This document shows, in pieces, positions 1 through 8,386 of a DNA stretch of 64,000 nt. The stretch is from the NCBI GenBank assembly GCA_039809385.1, contig JBDHUY010000007.1, positions 1 to 64,000 of the forward strand. Direction: 5' to 3'. Origin of the DNA: Candidatus Altimarinota bacterium. GTDB taxonomy: Bacteria > Patescibacteriota > Gracilibacteria > JBDHUY01. The translations under genes and the position numbers were made by a program. Position 1 is the first letter of the stretch. Every line of letters starts with the position of its first letter. A model generated the notes under the pieces. That model had not been told where the DNA came from and did no database searches. It saw nothing but the letters and a program-made list of their open reading frames with translations.

Positions 1-126
1 GTACCTTCCCGTTCTTTACAATACTTCCAGATTGGCAATTCTTGCATTTATCCATAGGATGAATCTCAGGTAATAAATCTCCTTCATCCTATACTAAATC
101 TATCTATATATCAACATTCTCTTACT

Positions 127-1335
127 ATGCGGCATTTCCAAACCGTCTATACCTCAAACATTCCGCGTATTTTTTGCATCATGCTTTCGAACGATGGCTC
201 GTTCAGCGTCGGAATTTTTGCATTATATTTGTTTGCTCTGGACTTCAATGTAGGCCATATTGGATTGCTGACATCCATTTACTTAGTGTGTAACGCTGCT
301 GTCCAAATTCCGGCCGGGTTACTGGCCAGCCGGTGGGGTTATAAGCGTACTTTGTTTTTAGGAGGTTTGATCTATCTTATCGGTATGGTTCTATTTGCCA
401 CAATTCCAGCCGGATTCTTCTTATGGTCAGGGACCGCATATGCCTTAATGGGAACGGGGGCGGCACTTAAGCAAGGGGTCGATGTCTCCTTGTTATATGA
501 GAATGCACGTCTTGATAAGCGCGCAGATAATTTCCCGATTCTCATTGGACGACTGGATTGGTGGCTCAATGTAGTACTGGTCGTTTGTATTGTGACTGGT
601 GGTCTTTTGTACGGGTTTAATATTCGTTGGCCATTTTATGCCGAAGTGTTTTTGGCACTATTGGCTCTCGGAGTAACTCTCTTTATCAAGACTATGCCGG
701 ATAGCGCATTTGCCCCTCTGGAGCGTGAAAAAGGACAACTTTTTTTCTGGGGGGAATTTCGGGACGCTCTGCACTGGATGTTTTCACATACATCATTCTG
801 GAAAATCTCTATTTTTTCAGCTCTGATTGGCAGTGTGGCTCTTTCGGTAATTCAATTTCGCCAGCCCTTCCTGCAAGCAGCAGCATTCCCTGAGTCTTGG
901 TTTGGTTTTATTGGTGCGTTATTTTTCGTGAGCCGCGGTCTGGGAGCTTTGTGGGGCGGACGATTGTTACAGCGGTATTCGTTATCACAATATTTGGTAG
1001 TGCACACTGTCTTGTTTTCTCTATCTCTGTTGTTCTTCTTCTTCAGCCCATTTGTATTCTTTGCCGTGCTGATGATTCTGGTATTTTTTTTCCTGAGAGG
1101 GGTCTATCAGCCTGCAGTCAGCTCTTTTTTACAGAAGGAATCTCCAGCCGAATGGCGTCCGGTTTTGTTAAAAATAAATACACTGATGTTATCCCTGACC
1201 TCAGCTATTACGTTGTTCGTTTCTGGTCTCTTGGGATTAGACAATGCGCTGAATAACCTGGTGCTTTTCTCTGTGGTGGTATCACAAATATTTTTGCTGG
1301 GATATGCTATGTCGGTGCGCCGAATTGAGGTCTGA
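127..1335 (+). CDS. MFS transporter
   Basis: 402 aa with about 12 hydrophobic segments; MFS motif A-like GLLASRWGYKR and a second copy GGRLLQRYS. Confidence 0.85.
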   Translation: MRHFQTVYTSNIPRIFCIMLSNDGSFSVGIFALYLFALDFNVGHIGLLTSIYLVCNAAVQIPAGLLASRWGYKRTLFLGGLIYLIGMVLFATIPAGFFLWSGTAYALMGTGAALKQGVDVSLLYENARLDKRADNFPILIGRLDWWLNVVLVVCIVTGGLLYGFNIRWPFYAEVFLALLALGVTLFIKTMPDSAFAPLEREKGQLFFWGEFRDALHWMFSHTSFWKISIFSALIGSVALSVIQFRQPFLQAAAFPESWFGFIGALFFVSRGLGALWGGRLLQRYSLSQYLVVHTVLFSLSLLFFFFSPFVFFAVLMILVFFFLRGVYQPAVSSFLQKESPAEWRPVLLKINTLMLSLTSAITLFVSGLLGLDNALNNLVLFSVVVSQIFLLGYAMSVRRIEV

Positions 1336-1361
1336 TTTTTGAACGATATACCTATCTGCTT

Positions 1362-2771
1362 TTATTTCATCGGCTTGATGTTCTGGTTCATACGGAAAAG
1401 ATTTGTAGGATCGTACTTCTGTTTCAGTTCTACCAGGCGGGCATATTTTGCCTCTCCGTAGGCCTCTTTGATGCGGTTGATCCCTTCGGTATCCTCCGAA
1501 CCCAGGTAATTTACATAGACTCTTGCTTGCAGATACGGGGCCAGTTCCTCCCATAGCGCTTTGAGCCAGCCGATATTTTGCTCGTCCTTTTCCGCTCCAT
1601 CCCACATCGAAATCGCCATCAGATTAAAGGCGTTGTTGCGGTGTGCATAGGCGGTGGCATTATCGTCGATCCGGTTGACTTCTCCCCCGAAGCGCTCTAA
1701 GACGATTCCGCTTAGCGGCGAAGGCGCATCCGCGAAATGCTTCAGGATGATTTCAAAGATAGCCGGATCCAGCGTTTTGACAAAATTCGACCGCCAGTAA
1801 TTTCGTAGACCCGGACGATAGGTTTCATCAAGCACCGATTGCAAGACAGGGTAGGGAATGATCCCTATATGTTCCATCACCGGACTACCTACCTGAAATA
1901 ATGGTTCCAGCAGCTCCCTTCCTTTGCTGAGATCTTCTCCGTAGTAACAAACGATAAATCCGAGCGCTTTATGTCCCTCCGGGGAAGTAATCCAGGCAAT
2001 GTTGATCGCCAGTTCGTCGGGCGCATTTTTCATCAATTCCAAATAGACTGGGATCAGTTGCGCGGCCATAGGCAGGGGATACGCCATAAGTCCGCCATAT
2101 ACGTTGGTAAGGGGGTGTAATTGAAATTCAAATTCGGTCACAATGCCAAAGTTGCCGCCGCCGCCGCGTATTCCCCAAAAGAGGTCCGGATTTTCTTCTT
2201 GGGAAACCGTGCGATACTGTCCATCGGCGGTGATCATCTTAACACATATAAGGTTATCCGAAGCCAGCCCGTATTTTCCTATCAGCCAGCCAATTCCGCC
2301 TCCCAGCGTTAATCCTGCTACTCCTGTGTCGGATATTACGCCTCCGGTGGTGGCTAACCCAAACTTGTGGGTTTCTGCGTCAAAGTCATGCCAAGTTGCT
2401 CCGGCTTGTACCCTGGCTGTCCGGTTTCCTGTATCAACCGTTACCTCTTTCATTAAAGACATATCGATCATTATTCCGCCTTCGCACACGGCATTGCCGG
2501 CCACGTTATGTCCTCCGCCCTTGACTGAAATAAGGATTGCGTATTCGCGTGCCAGATCAATACATGCTTTCACGTCTTCATGGTTTTTCGCTTGTACTAT
2601 ACAAGCCGGATGCCGGTCGATCATGCCGTTCCAGACAGTTCGGGCGGTATCGTATCCTTCATCCTGCGAGAGCAAGACTTGACCATGAATCTTGTCTTTG
2701 AAGGACTCGAATACTTCATATGCCAGGATACCGTTGCTGCCATCCGAATGCATAATCTTTAAATCTTCCAT
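1362..2771 (-). CDS. FAD-linked oxidoreductase, VAO/PCMH family with BBE domain
   Basis: GGGHN flavinylation motif, GLTLGGGIG, RGGGGNFGIVT, C-terminal YVNY...LKQKYDPTNLFRMNQNI. Confidence 0.92.
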   Translation of the reverse strand: MEDLKIMHSDGSNGILAYEVFESFKDKIHGQVLLSQDEGYDTARTVWNGMIDRHPACIVQAKNHEDVKACIDLAREYAILISVKGGGHNVAGNAVCEGGIMIDMSLMKEVTVDTGNRTARVQAGATWHDFDAETHKFGLATTGGVISDTGVAGLTLGGGIGWLIGKYGLASDNLICVKMITADGQYRTVSQEENPDLFWGIRGGGGNFGIVTEFEFQLHPLTNVYGGLMAYPLPMAAQLIPVYLELMKNAPDELAINIAWITSPEGHKALGFIVCYYGEDLSKGRELLEPLFQVGSPVMEHIGIIPYPVLQSVLDETYRPGLRNYWRSNFVKTLDPAIFEIILKHFADAPSPLSGIVLERFGGEVNRIDDNATAYAHRNNAFNLMAISMWDGAEKDEQNIGWLKALWEELAPYLQARVYVNYLGSEDTEGINRIKEAYGEAKYARLVELKQKYDPTNLFRMNQNIKPMK

Positions 2772-2940
2772 AAAGAGTTACAGTTATTTATGTAAAGCTT
2801 ACTATACAAGTATAGCGTACTTTCGTTCAAATACAAATTCTCTCCATTTACTTGTACGAGAAGTTTTATGGTACTTCCTTTAACTTTGCGTTTTCTTCAA
2901 AATCGAAGGAATACGAATACTCGATATGGAAACTGATACA

Positions 2941-2967
2941 AAAAAGACCCGCCGCGGCGGGTCTTTT
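2941..2967 (-). terminator. Intrinsic terminator (palindromic, potentially bidirectional)
   Basis: aaaagacccgccgcggcgggtctttt palindrome just downstream of the 3003-4124 gene. Confidence 0.8.
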
Positions 2968-3002
2968 CATTTTGCCTAGTAAGCTAGTGAGCGCAAGGAA
3001 AA

Positions 3003-4124
3003 TTACTGGTCTCCTTCCATCATCATTCCGTCTCCTGTTCCGGAAGAAGGCATCATCGTGCCGGAATCCATCATGCCGGGGGCCATCATTTTGTCATCAC
3101 CCATCATGCCCGGTTGCGTCATAGATCCGTCCATCATGCCGGGAGCGCCGGCGCCCATCATGCCTCCCAGAGGGAGAGGCTGAGCATCTTTAGGCTCTTC
3201 CAAGTTGCCCGGATTTTCGGGATTGACTTCCATTTCTGCTGTAACCGTAACTTTTGCCTGGCTGGCCGGGTCGGTCGTATTCATATTGATCTTCACTTTG
3301 TACACATATTTGTCACTCTCACCTACCCACAGTTCCCCATCCAGCGTGACGTTCTTATTTAACGCCTCTTCCAAAGCTTTTACTTCTGTATCGCTGACCG
3401 TAGATCCAGTTATCTCTCCGACCTGTTTTGCAAATGTTCCTACATTTTTCGCATTCAGTTTTACGGACAGATGACGTACGTCTTTATTGTTCAGTTTTTC
3501 GACTCCGTGGTCTTTGGTTATGTCAAATAGATCGCTCTTCTTTACCAAATCTTTGATTTTAGCTTCCTGATCAGGGGTCAGAGTACCGCTCTGGCCTTCC
3601 ATTTCAAACGGATTCTGGGGAAGCGGCAGTTTGAACCATTTGCCCGCATAGAGCTGAACGAACGGAGCGATTTGCTGTTCCAGTTGAGGCTGTTCGGGAG
3701 ATTTTACCGAGAATTCGATCAGTTTGGCATACAGATTGGCAGCGGTCAAAAAGAGCTGGGCTTTTGCATTGCCTTCGCCTGATTGTCCCTGTCCTTTTCC
3801 GGAACCAGAAAGAGCCAGATCGAGCCAGACTTTCTCCTGTCCTTTTGTGCCGATATTAAACTTGGTGTCCAAAGCAAAGGTTGCATCGAAGCTTCCTTGT
3901 GTACCAGCATCGGCTTTAACTTTTACGTTGCCTTTTACGCTTCCTTCTTTCATGTCGCGATTTTGCAGTTTTTCCTGCACCATGCGCAAGACCTGTTTGG
4001 GATCTTCGCTGGAAGGTTTGCCGCCGCTGCTTGTTCCGCCTTGTCCGCCGAACAGGTTACAGCCGCTCAAAACGACGAGGCTCAGGACCAGCAGTCCGGC
4101 CAGTGTTTTTCGGGTAGTATACAT
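3003..4124 (-). CDS. Lipoprotein, LppX/LprAFG-like beta-rich fold suspected, with Met/Gly-rich tail
   Basis: Signal peptide with lipobox LSGC; beta-rich body; C-terminal PGMM repeats; start moved to MYTTRK (4124). Confidence 0.7.
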   Translation of the reverse strand: MYTTRKTLAGLLVLSLVVLSGCNLFGGQGGTSSGGKPSSEDPKQVLRMVQEKLQNRDMKEGSVKGNVKVKADAGTQGSFDATFALDTKFNIGTKGQEKVWLDLALSGSGKGQGQSGEGNAKAQLFLTAANLYAKLIEFSVKSPEQPQLEQQIAPFVQLYAGKWFKLPLPQNPFEMEGQSGTLTPDQEAKIKDLVKKSDLFDITKDHGVEKLNNKDVRHLSVKLNAKNVGTFAKQVGEITGSTVSDTEVKALEEALNKNVTLDGELWVGESDKYVYKVKINMNTTDPASQAKVTVTAEMEVNPENPGNLEEPKDAQPLPLGGMMGAGAPGMMDGSMTQPGMMGDDKMMAPGMMDSGTMMPSSGTGDGMMMEGDQ

Positions 4125-4271
4125 ACCAAAAAATGAATAAAAAAATAAAAAAATGCGCACTGTGACACGCATAAGCATTGTAGGGCGGGGGGACGAAAAA
4201 TCAAGGGAAATATGGAAAAAAGCCTATGTAAAAGCTGTTTTACGTGGCAACTCTTTCCCACTTCTCCTTCC

Positions 4272-4301
4272 TTGACAATCCTTGATCCCCGGGAGTATCC
4301 T
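4272..4301 (+). promoter_or_regulatory. Sigma70-type promoter
   Basis: TTGACA-N18-TATCCT, 19 nt before ATG 4320. Confidence 0.5.
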
Positions 4302-4319
4302 CACAGTACATTCCACATT

Positions 4320-5174
4320 ATGATTGACGCAGCGTTGCCCGGTCATGACGGCTCGGAGTATCTCCCCGATAGTACGAATTTGTTGCGTACGGAACTTTTG
4401 TCGTATATTAAAGACTCGAATCGCTTTTCCGCTCAGGAGCAAAATCTGATTCTACAGGCGATGCAACTAGCGTGTCAGCTTCACGCCGCTCAGATTACCC
4501 GGGGAGACGGACCCTATAATAATCATTTGCTGCGAGTTGCTTTGAAACTCGTCCGCGATTTTCAAGTGTACGATGCCGAGCTCATTTGCGCGGCTCTCCT
4601 GCACGACAGCGTCGAAGATCAGGTACCCGCGCTGGCGGCTAAATTTTCTCCGGAACAGGTCCACAGCCAAAGTACCGACGGATTAACAGATGATACGAAA
4701 GCTCTTGCCTTCATACAGAGTTTATTTGGGAAACGTGTGGCACAGGTGGTTGGAGATCTCACGAATCCTAAAGCCAACTTTGTCAGTATGGAACAGAAAC
4801 ATGACATTTATATTGAGCATCTCAAACAAATTATCATTAATGCAGATAATTTTCGAGTGAAACTGGCCGATTTTTTTGACAATGCTCTGCGGCTTGATCA
4901 TGTGCAAACTACTGCAAGATTGCTAAGAATGGCTCACAAATATGGACCGGCTTATCAAATTATGATTGCACGCTTAGATATTGCCGATCACGGTCTATCC
5001 TCCGAAATCGTGATACGCCTAAAACTGCTACTGGCAGAGGGCCATGACAAAGCTATGGCTATTTTGACTGCTGTCCCGGATGATTCTTCCCAGAGTACGG
5101 CAGCATCCATTATCGTGCCCAACGTACCTGTTACTGGCATTACATTTACCCCCGTTCCAACGGGGCAATATTGA
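4320..5174 (+). CDS. HD-domain protein, small alarmone hydrolase (RelA/SpoT HD, Mesh1-like)
   Basis: H-x2-Q-x2-R-x3-PY-x2-H, ALLHDSVED, VKLAD motifs; no synthetase domain. Confidence 0.8.
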   Translation: MIDAALPGHDGSEYLPDSTNLLRTELLSYIKDSNRFSAQEQNLILQAMQLACQLHAAQITRGDGPYNNHLLRVALKLVRDFQVYDAELICAALLHDSVEDQVPALAAKFSPEQVHSQSTDGLTDDTKALAFIQSLFGKRVAQVVGDLTNPKANFVSMEQKHDIYIEHLKQIIINADNFRVKLADFFDNALRLDHVQTTARLLRMAHKYGPAYQIMIARLDIADHGLSSEIVIRLKLLLAEGHDKAMAILTAVPDDSSQSTAASIIVPNVPVTGITFTPVPTGQY

Positions 5175-7410
5175 GCGCCAATTTTTTGATACCGATTTTG
5201 GGATCTTTGAAAGCGATGGTTGCCACGTCACCTTTGGTCTGCACGATAATGCCTTCCCCCCAGGTTTTGTGTATCACTTTGTCGCCGTCGTTAAATGCCC
5301 GGGCCGATTTCGATTCGGTGATTCTTTCGCGCAGGCTCTGATCGGCACTCTTCTCTTTGTACTGTGCCGTACTTTCCATGTAGGTTTCCGGTATTTCGAA
5401 GATGAAACGCGACGGCAGATTGTTTTGATAGTTGCCATACAGCATACGCGAGCGGGCATGCAGTAGAAATAGTTTTTCTTTGGCCCGGGTAATGCCGACA
5501 TACATCAGGCGCCGTTCTTCTTCCAGCTCGTTTTCTGTCCACTGGCTTTGCGAGTGGGGAAATATTCCTTCCTCTAAACCCGCGATAAATACATATGGAA
5601 ATTCAAGACCTTTGGCATTATGCAATGTCATTAGGATTACCCCGTCTTCTTTTTTCTCTTCCAGCACGTCCACTTGGGCGATCAACGATACTTCTTCCAG
5701 AAAGGTTGAGAGCGAGATAGCCGGTTCGAGTTGGTCGTACTTGGAGGCCACGCTGACCAGTTCCTGCACGTTTTCCCAACGCTCTTCGCCTTCGGAAGTG
5801 CCATCCAGCAAAAAGTCTTTGTACTGGCTGGTTTGCAGTATGTATCGCAGCAATGCCGAAACCGGGAACTCGTTCCGTTTGGTCCGGCCGTCCAGTAAGA
5901 AATCGTAAAATGCTTTAAGGCTGGTTTTGGCACGTGCTGGCAGTTCTATCATCTCTGTACCCCGGTGAACGGCCTCAAACAGAGGAATATCGTATTTCGT
6001 GGCATAGTCAGCCAAAGTACTCACTGTCGAAGGGCCGATGCTACGGGGAGGTGTATTGATGATGCGTAACAGGCTCACCGTATCAGCCGGATTTTGTATA
6101 ACTTTTAGATAGGCTAGCACGTCTTTAATCTCTTTACGCTGATAGAAGGAAACCCCACCGACAATTTTATACGGAATACCATGGCGCAAAAACGCTTCTT
6201 CCATGATACGACTCTGGGCGTTGGTTCGGTAAAGGATGGCGAAATCGGAGAAGGAAAGGGGGGAGTTCAGAGTGCGGAGTTCGGAGTTCGCAGCTTCCTG
6301 ATCCCGGCTGTCGGCTGTTGGCTGTAAGCTGTTAGCTTTCTCCGCTTGATAGCTGGCCGGTGGTAACTGACCGCTCTGCTTGATTCTCTCCTGAATGATC
6401 CCGATGATCCGGTCACCTTCGTCCCGTTCGTCGTACGCTTCGATCAGGACGATTTTTTCATCGCTCACCTTATCGGTCCAGAGCGTTTTGTCGGTCCGTT
6501 TGTTATTGCGTTTTATGACATGGTTTGCGGCCTCCACGATCACATTGGTCGAGCGATAGTTCTGTTCCAGTTTTATAACAACCGCTTCAGGGTAGTCTTT
6601 CTGAAAATTCAGAATGTTCGTCATATCGGCTCCCCGCCAAGAATAAATGGATTGCCAGTCGTCGCCGATCACGCACATGTTGCGATACTTCTCGGCTAAC
6701 AGTTGGGCAAACGTATACTGTGCCATATTGGTGTCCTGATACTCGTCGATCGAAATATAGCGAAACTGCTCCTGATATCTATCCAGAATATCCGGAAATT
6801 TCTGGAACAGTTCGATCGTTCGGAAAATGAGATCGTCAAAATCGAAAGCCTGACTTTTTTTGAGCTCTTTCTGGTAAATCGGGTAAAGTTTGGCAACTTG
6901 CTCTTCGAAATAACTGTTTACATAATTTTGATATTGCTGCTCGTTGATCAGACTATTTTTAGCCCGGCTGATATGCGACAAAACAGTCTTGGGATTATAC
7001 TGTTTTTCGTCGTACTGGTTTTCTTTCAAGATCTTTTTCATCAACGCCTCGCTGTCCGCCGTATCGTAGATAACGAAATTATTTTCATAGCCCAGGTTCT
7101 GGGCTTCGCGGCGCAGCAGTCGCACGCATACCGAATGGAACGTCCCCACGATCGGTTCGACGGCATACGGACCATGTTCCACCAGCAGGGCTTTAATTCG
7201 CTCCTTCATTTCGGTAGCGGCTTTATTGGTAAACGTGACCGCCAGAATATTCTTGGCATCCACGCCTTTTTCCCGGATCAAATAAGCGATCCGATAGGTC
7301 AGCGCCTTGGTTTTGCCCGAACCGGCCCCGGCAATGATCAGTAAAGGGCCTTCGGTCGTAGTCACCGCCTGTCGCTGGGGCTCGTTCAACTCTTTGAGAA
7401 AATCGTGCAT
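5146..7410 (-). CDS. pcrA: ATP-dependent DNA helicase PcrA/UvrD
   Basis: AGAGSGKT, DEYQDTN, GDDWQSIYSWRGA, LEQNYRS, YRTNAQSR, KGLEF, EERRLMYVGITRA and Tudor-like C-terminus. Confidence 0.96.
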   Translation of the reverse strand: MHDFLKELNEPQRQAVTTTEGPLLIIAGAGSGKTKALTYRIAYLIREKGVDAKNILAVTFTNKAATEMKERIKALLVEHGPYAVEPIVGTFHSVCVRLLRREAQNLGYENNFVIYDTADSEALMKKILKENQYDEKQYNPKTVLSHISRAKNSLINEQQYQNYVNSYFEEQVAKLYPIYQKELKKSQAFDFDDLIFRTIELFQKFPDILDRYQEQFRYISIDEYQDTNMAQYTFAQLLAEKYRNMCVIGDDWQSIYSWRGADMTNILNFQKDYPEAVVIKLEQNYRSTNVIVEAANHVIKRNNKRTDKTLWTDKVSDEKIVLIEAYDERDEGDRIIGIIQERIKQSGQLPPASYQAEKANSLQPTADSRDQEAANSELRTLNSPLSFSDFAILYRTNAQSRIMEEAFLRHGIPYKIVGGVSFYQRKEIKDVLAYLKVIQNPADTVSLLRIINTPPRSIGPSTVSTLADYATKYDIPLFEAVHRGTEMIELPARAKTSLKAFYDFLLDGRTKRNEFPVSALLRYILQTSQYKDFLLDGTSEGEERWENVQELVSVASKYDQLEPAISLSTFLEEVSLIAQVDVLEEKKEDGVILMTLHNAKGLEFPYVFIAGLEEGIFPHSQSQWTENELEEERRLMYVGITRAKEKLFLLHARSRMLYGNYQNNLPSRFIFEIPETYMESTAQYKEKSADQSLRERITESKSARAFNDGDKVIHKTWGEGIIVQTKGDVATIAFKDPKIGIKKLALNIAPLERG
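6262..6338. repeat. 7-nt periodic tracts inside the pcrA coding sequence
   Basis: ggagttc agagtgc ggagttc ggagttc gcagctt and ggctgtc ggctgtt ggctgta agctgtt agctttc. Confidence 0.75.
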
Positions 7411-7640
7411 AGTGAAAAAAAGCTACGGAAATTACTATAGCGGAAAAAGGGAATGGGGAGCAAAAGAGAAATAGAAAAAACGGTACCTGTTTTCTTTGTT
7501 CGTTTGGGGATGAGTCTCTGATCCAGTTAGGAGGGAGCGATTTGATAAGGATACCGTAGATATTCTCTAGTCTGTATCTTCTTGCATGAAAAAATCACAT
7601 GAGCAAACAAAACATGTGTTTTTTTATAATGGTTCTTTCC

Positions 7641-8165
7641 TTACGCTTTTACCACCTGTAATTTCAGCACAAGCGTAATATACAACTCACGCAATTTTTC
7701 CAAGCTGAGTTTGATTAATTCCACCATCTGTTCGCGCAGTTTACGAATTTTTGCCATCAACTGATTCATCTCATAAGCCGAAAATTTGCGCATAAACCAG
7801 CGATTCATAGCTGCGGCTTGGTGGTAGAGCTGGTCTATTTCGTGTTGTATCTCTTTTTCGATACCGCTGCGCAGAGACGTTGTATTCATGGTCTGAACCT
7901 GGGCTATCTGTGATTGTATCCGCGCTTTACGCGCTTGCGCCCAAGCGGTTGTCGTGCTGGTTTGTCCGCTCGTTCCGGCGGTAGACTCGGCGACAGCCTT
8001 TCTCATTGTTTCGGAAATATTTCCCATAGCCGCTACTACTTCAAAACCGCCTTCGGCTCGCGTAGCAACTACCAATTGCTCGACATCACCCGAAATAAGC
8101 GCTTCGGAGTTTACTTGCTTTGTCCCTGTTTCTACCGTTAATTTTCGTTCTACCGTATTTTGCAT
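7641..8165 (-). CDS. Hypothetical helical protein
   Basis: 174 aa ORF with coiled-coil character, followed by a hairpin at about 7589-7625. Confidence 0.7.
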   Translation of the reverse strand: MQNTVERKLTVETGTKQVNSEALISGDVEQLVVATRAEGGFEVVAAMGNISETMRKAVAESTAGTSGQTSTTTAWAQARKARIQSQIAQVQTMNTTSLRSGIEKEIQHEIDQLYHQAAAMNRWFMRKFSAYEMNQLMAKIRKLREQMVELIKLSLEKLRELYITLVLKLQVVKA

Positions 8166-8386
8166 ATCGAAATATATAAAAATCCAACTTCACACTACAC
8201 GATAAGTAAATATATGTCAAGAATTTTTTCCCGTATTTGTCAATACCAACTGGCGAATCCTCTTTTGAGGTCTTCAGGCTCGGTAAATTCATGTAAATTC
8301 GTCAGTTCTTAGATTTTTTTAATCTACCGGACCGTATAGTGCCAAGCGTAGTTATTTTTTTCTTATTTCTTTTCACGAAACAAATC

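Noticed and set aside
6703-7344. Long antisense ORFs (e.g. 213 aa here, 241 aa at 30015, 222 aa at 60666)
   Set aside because: These are shadow frames opposite well-supported genes, with no motifs.
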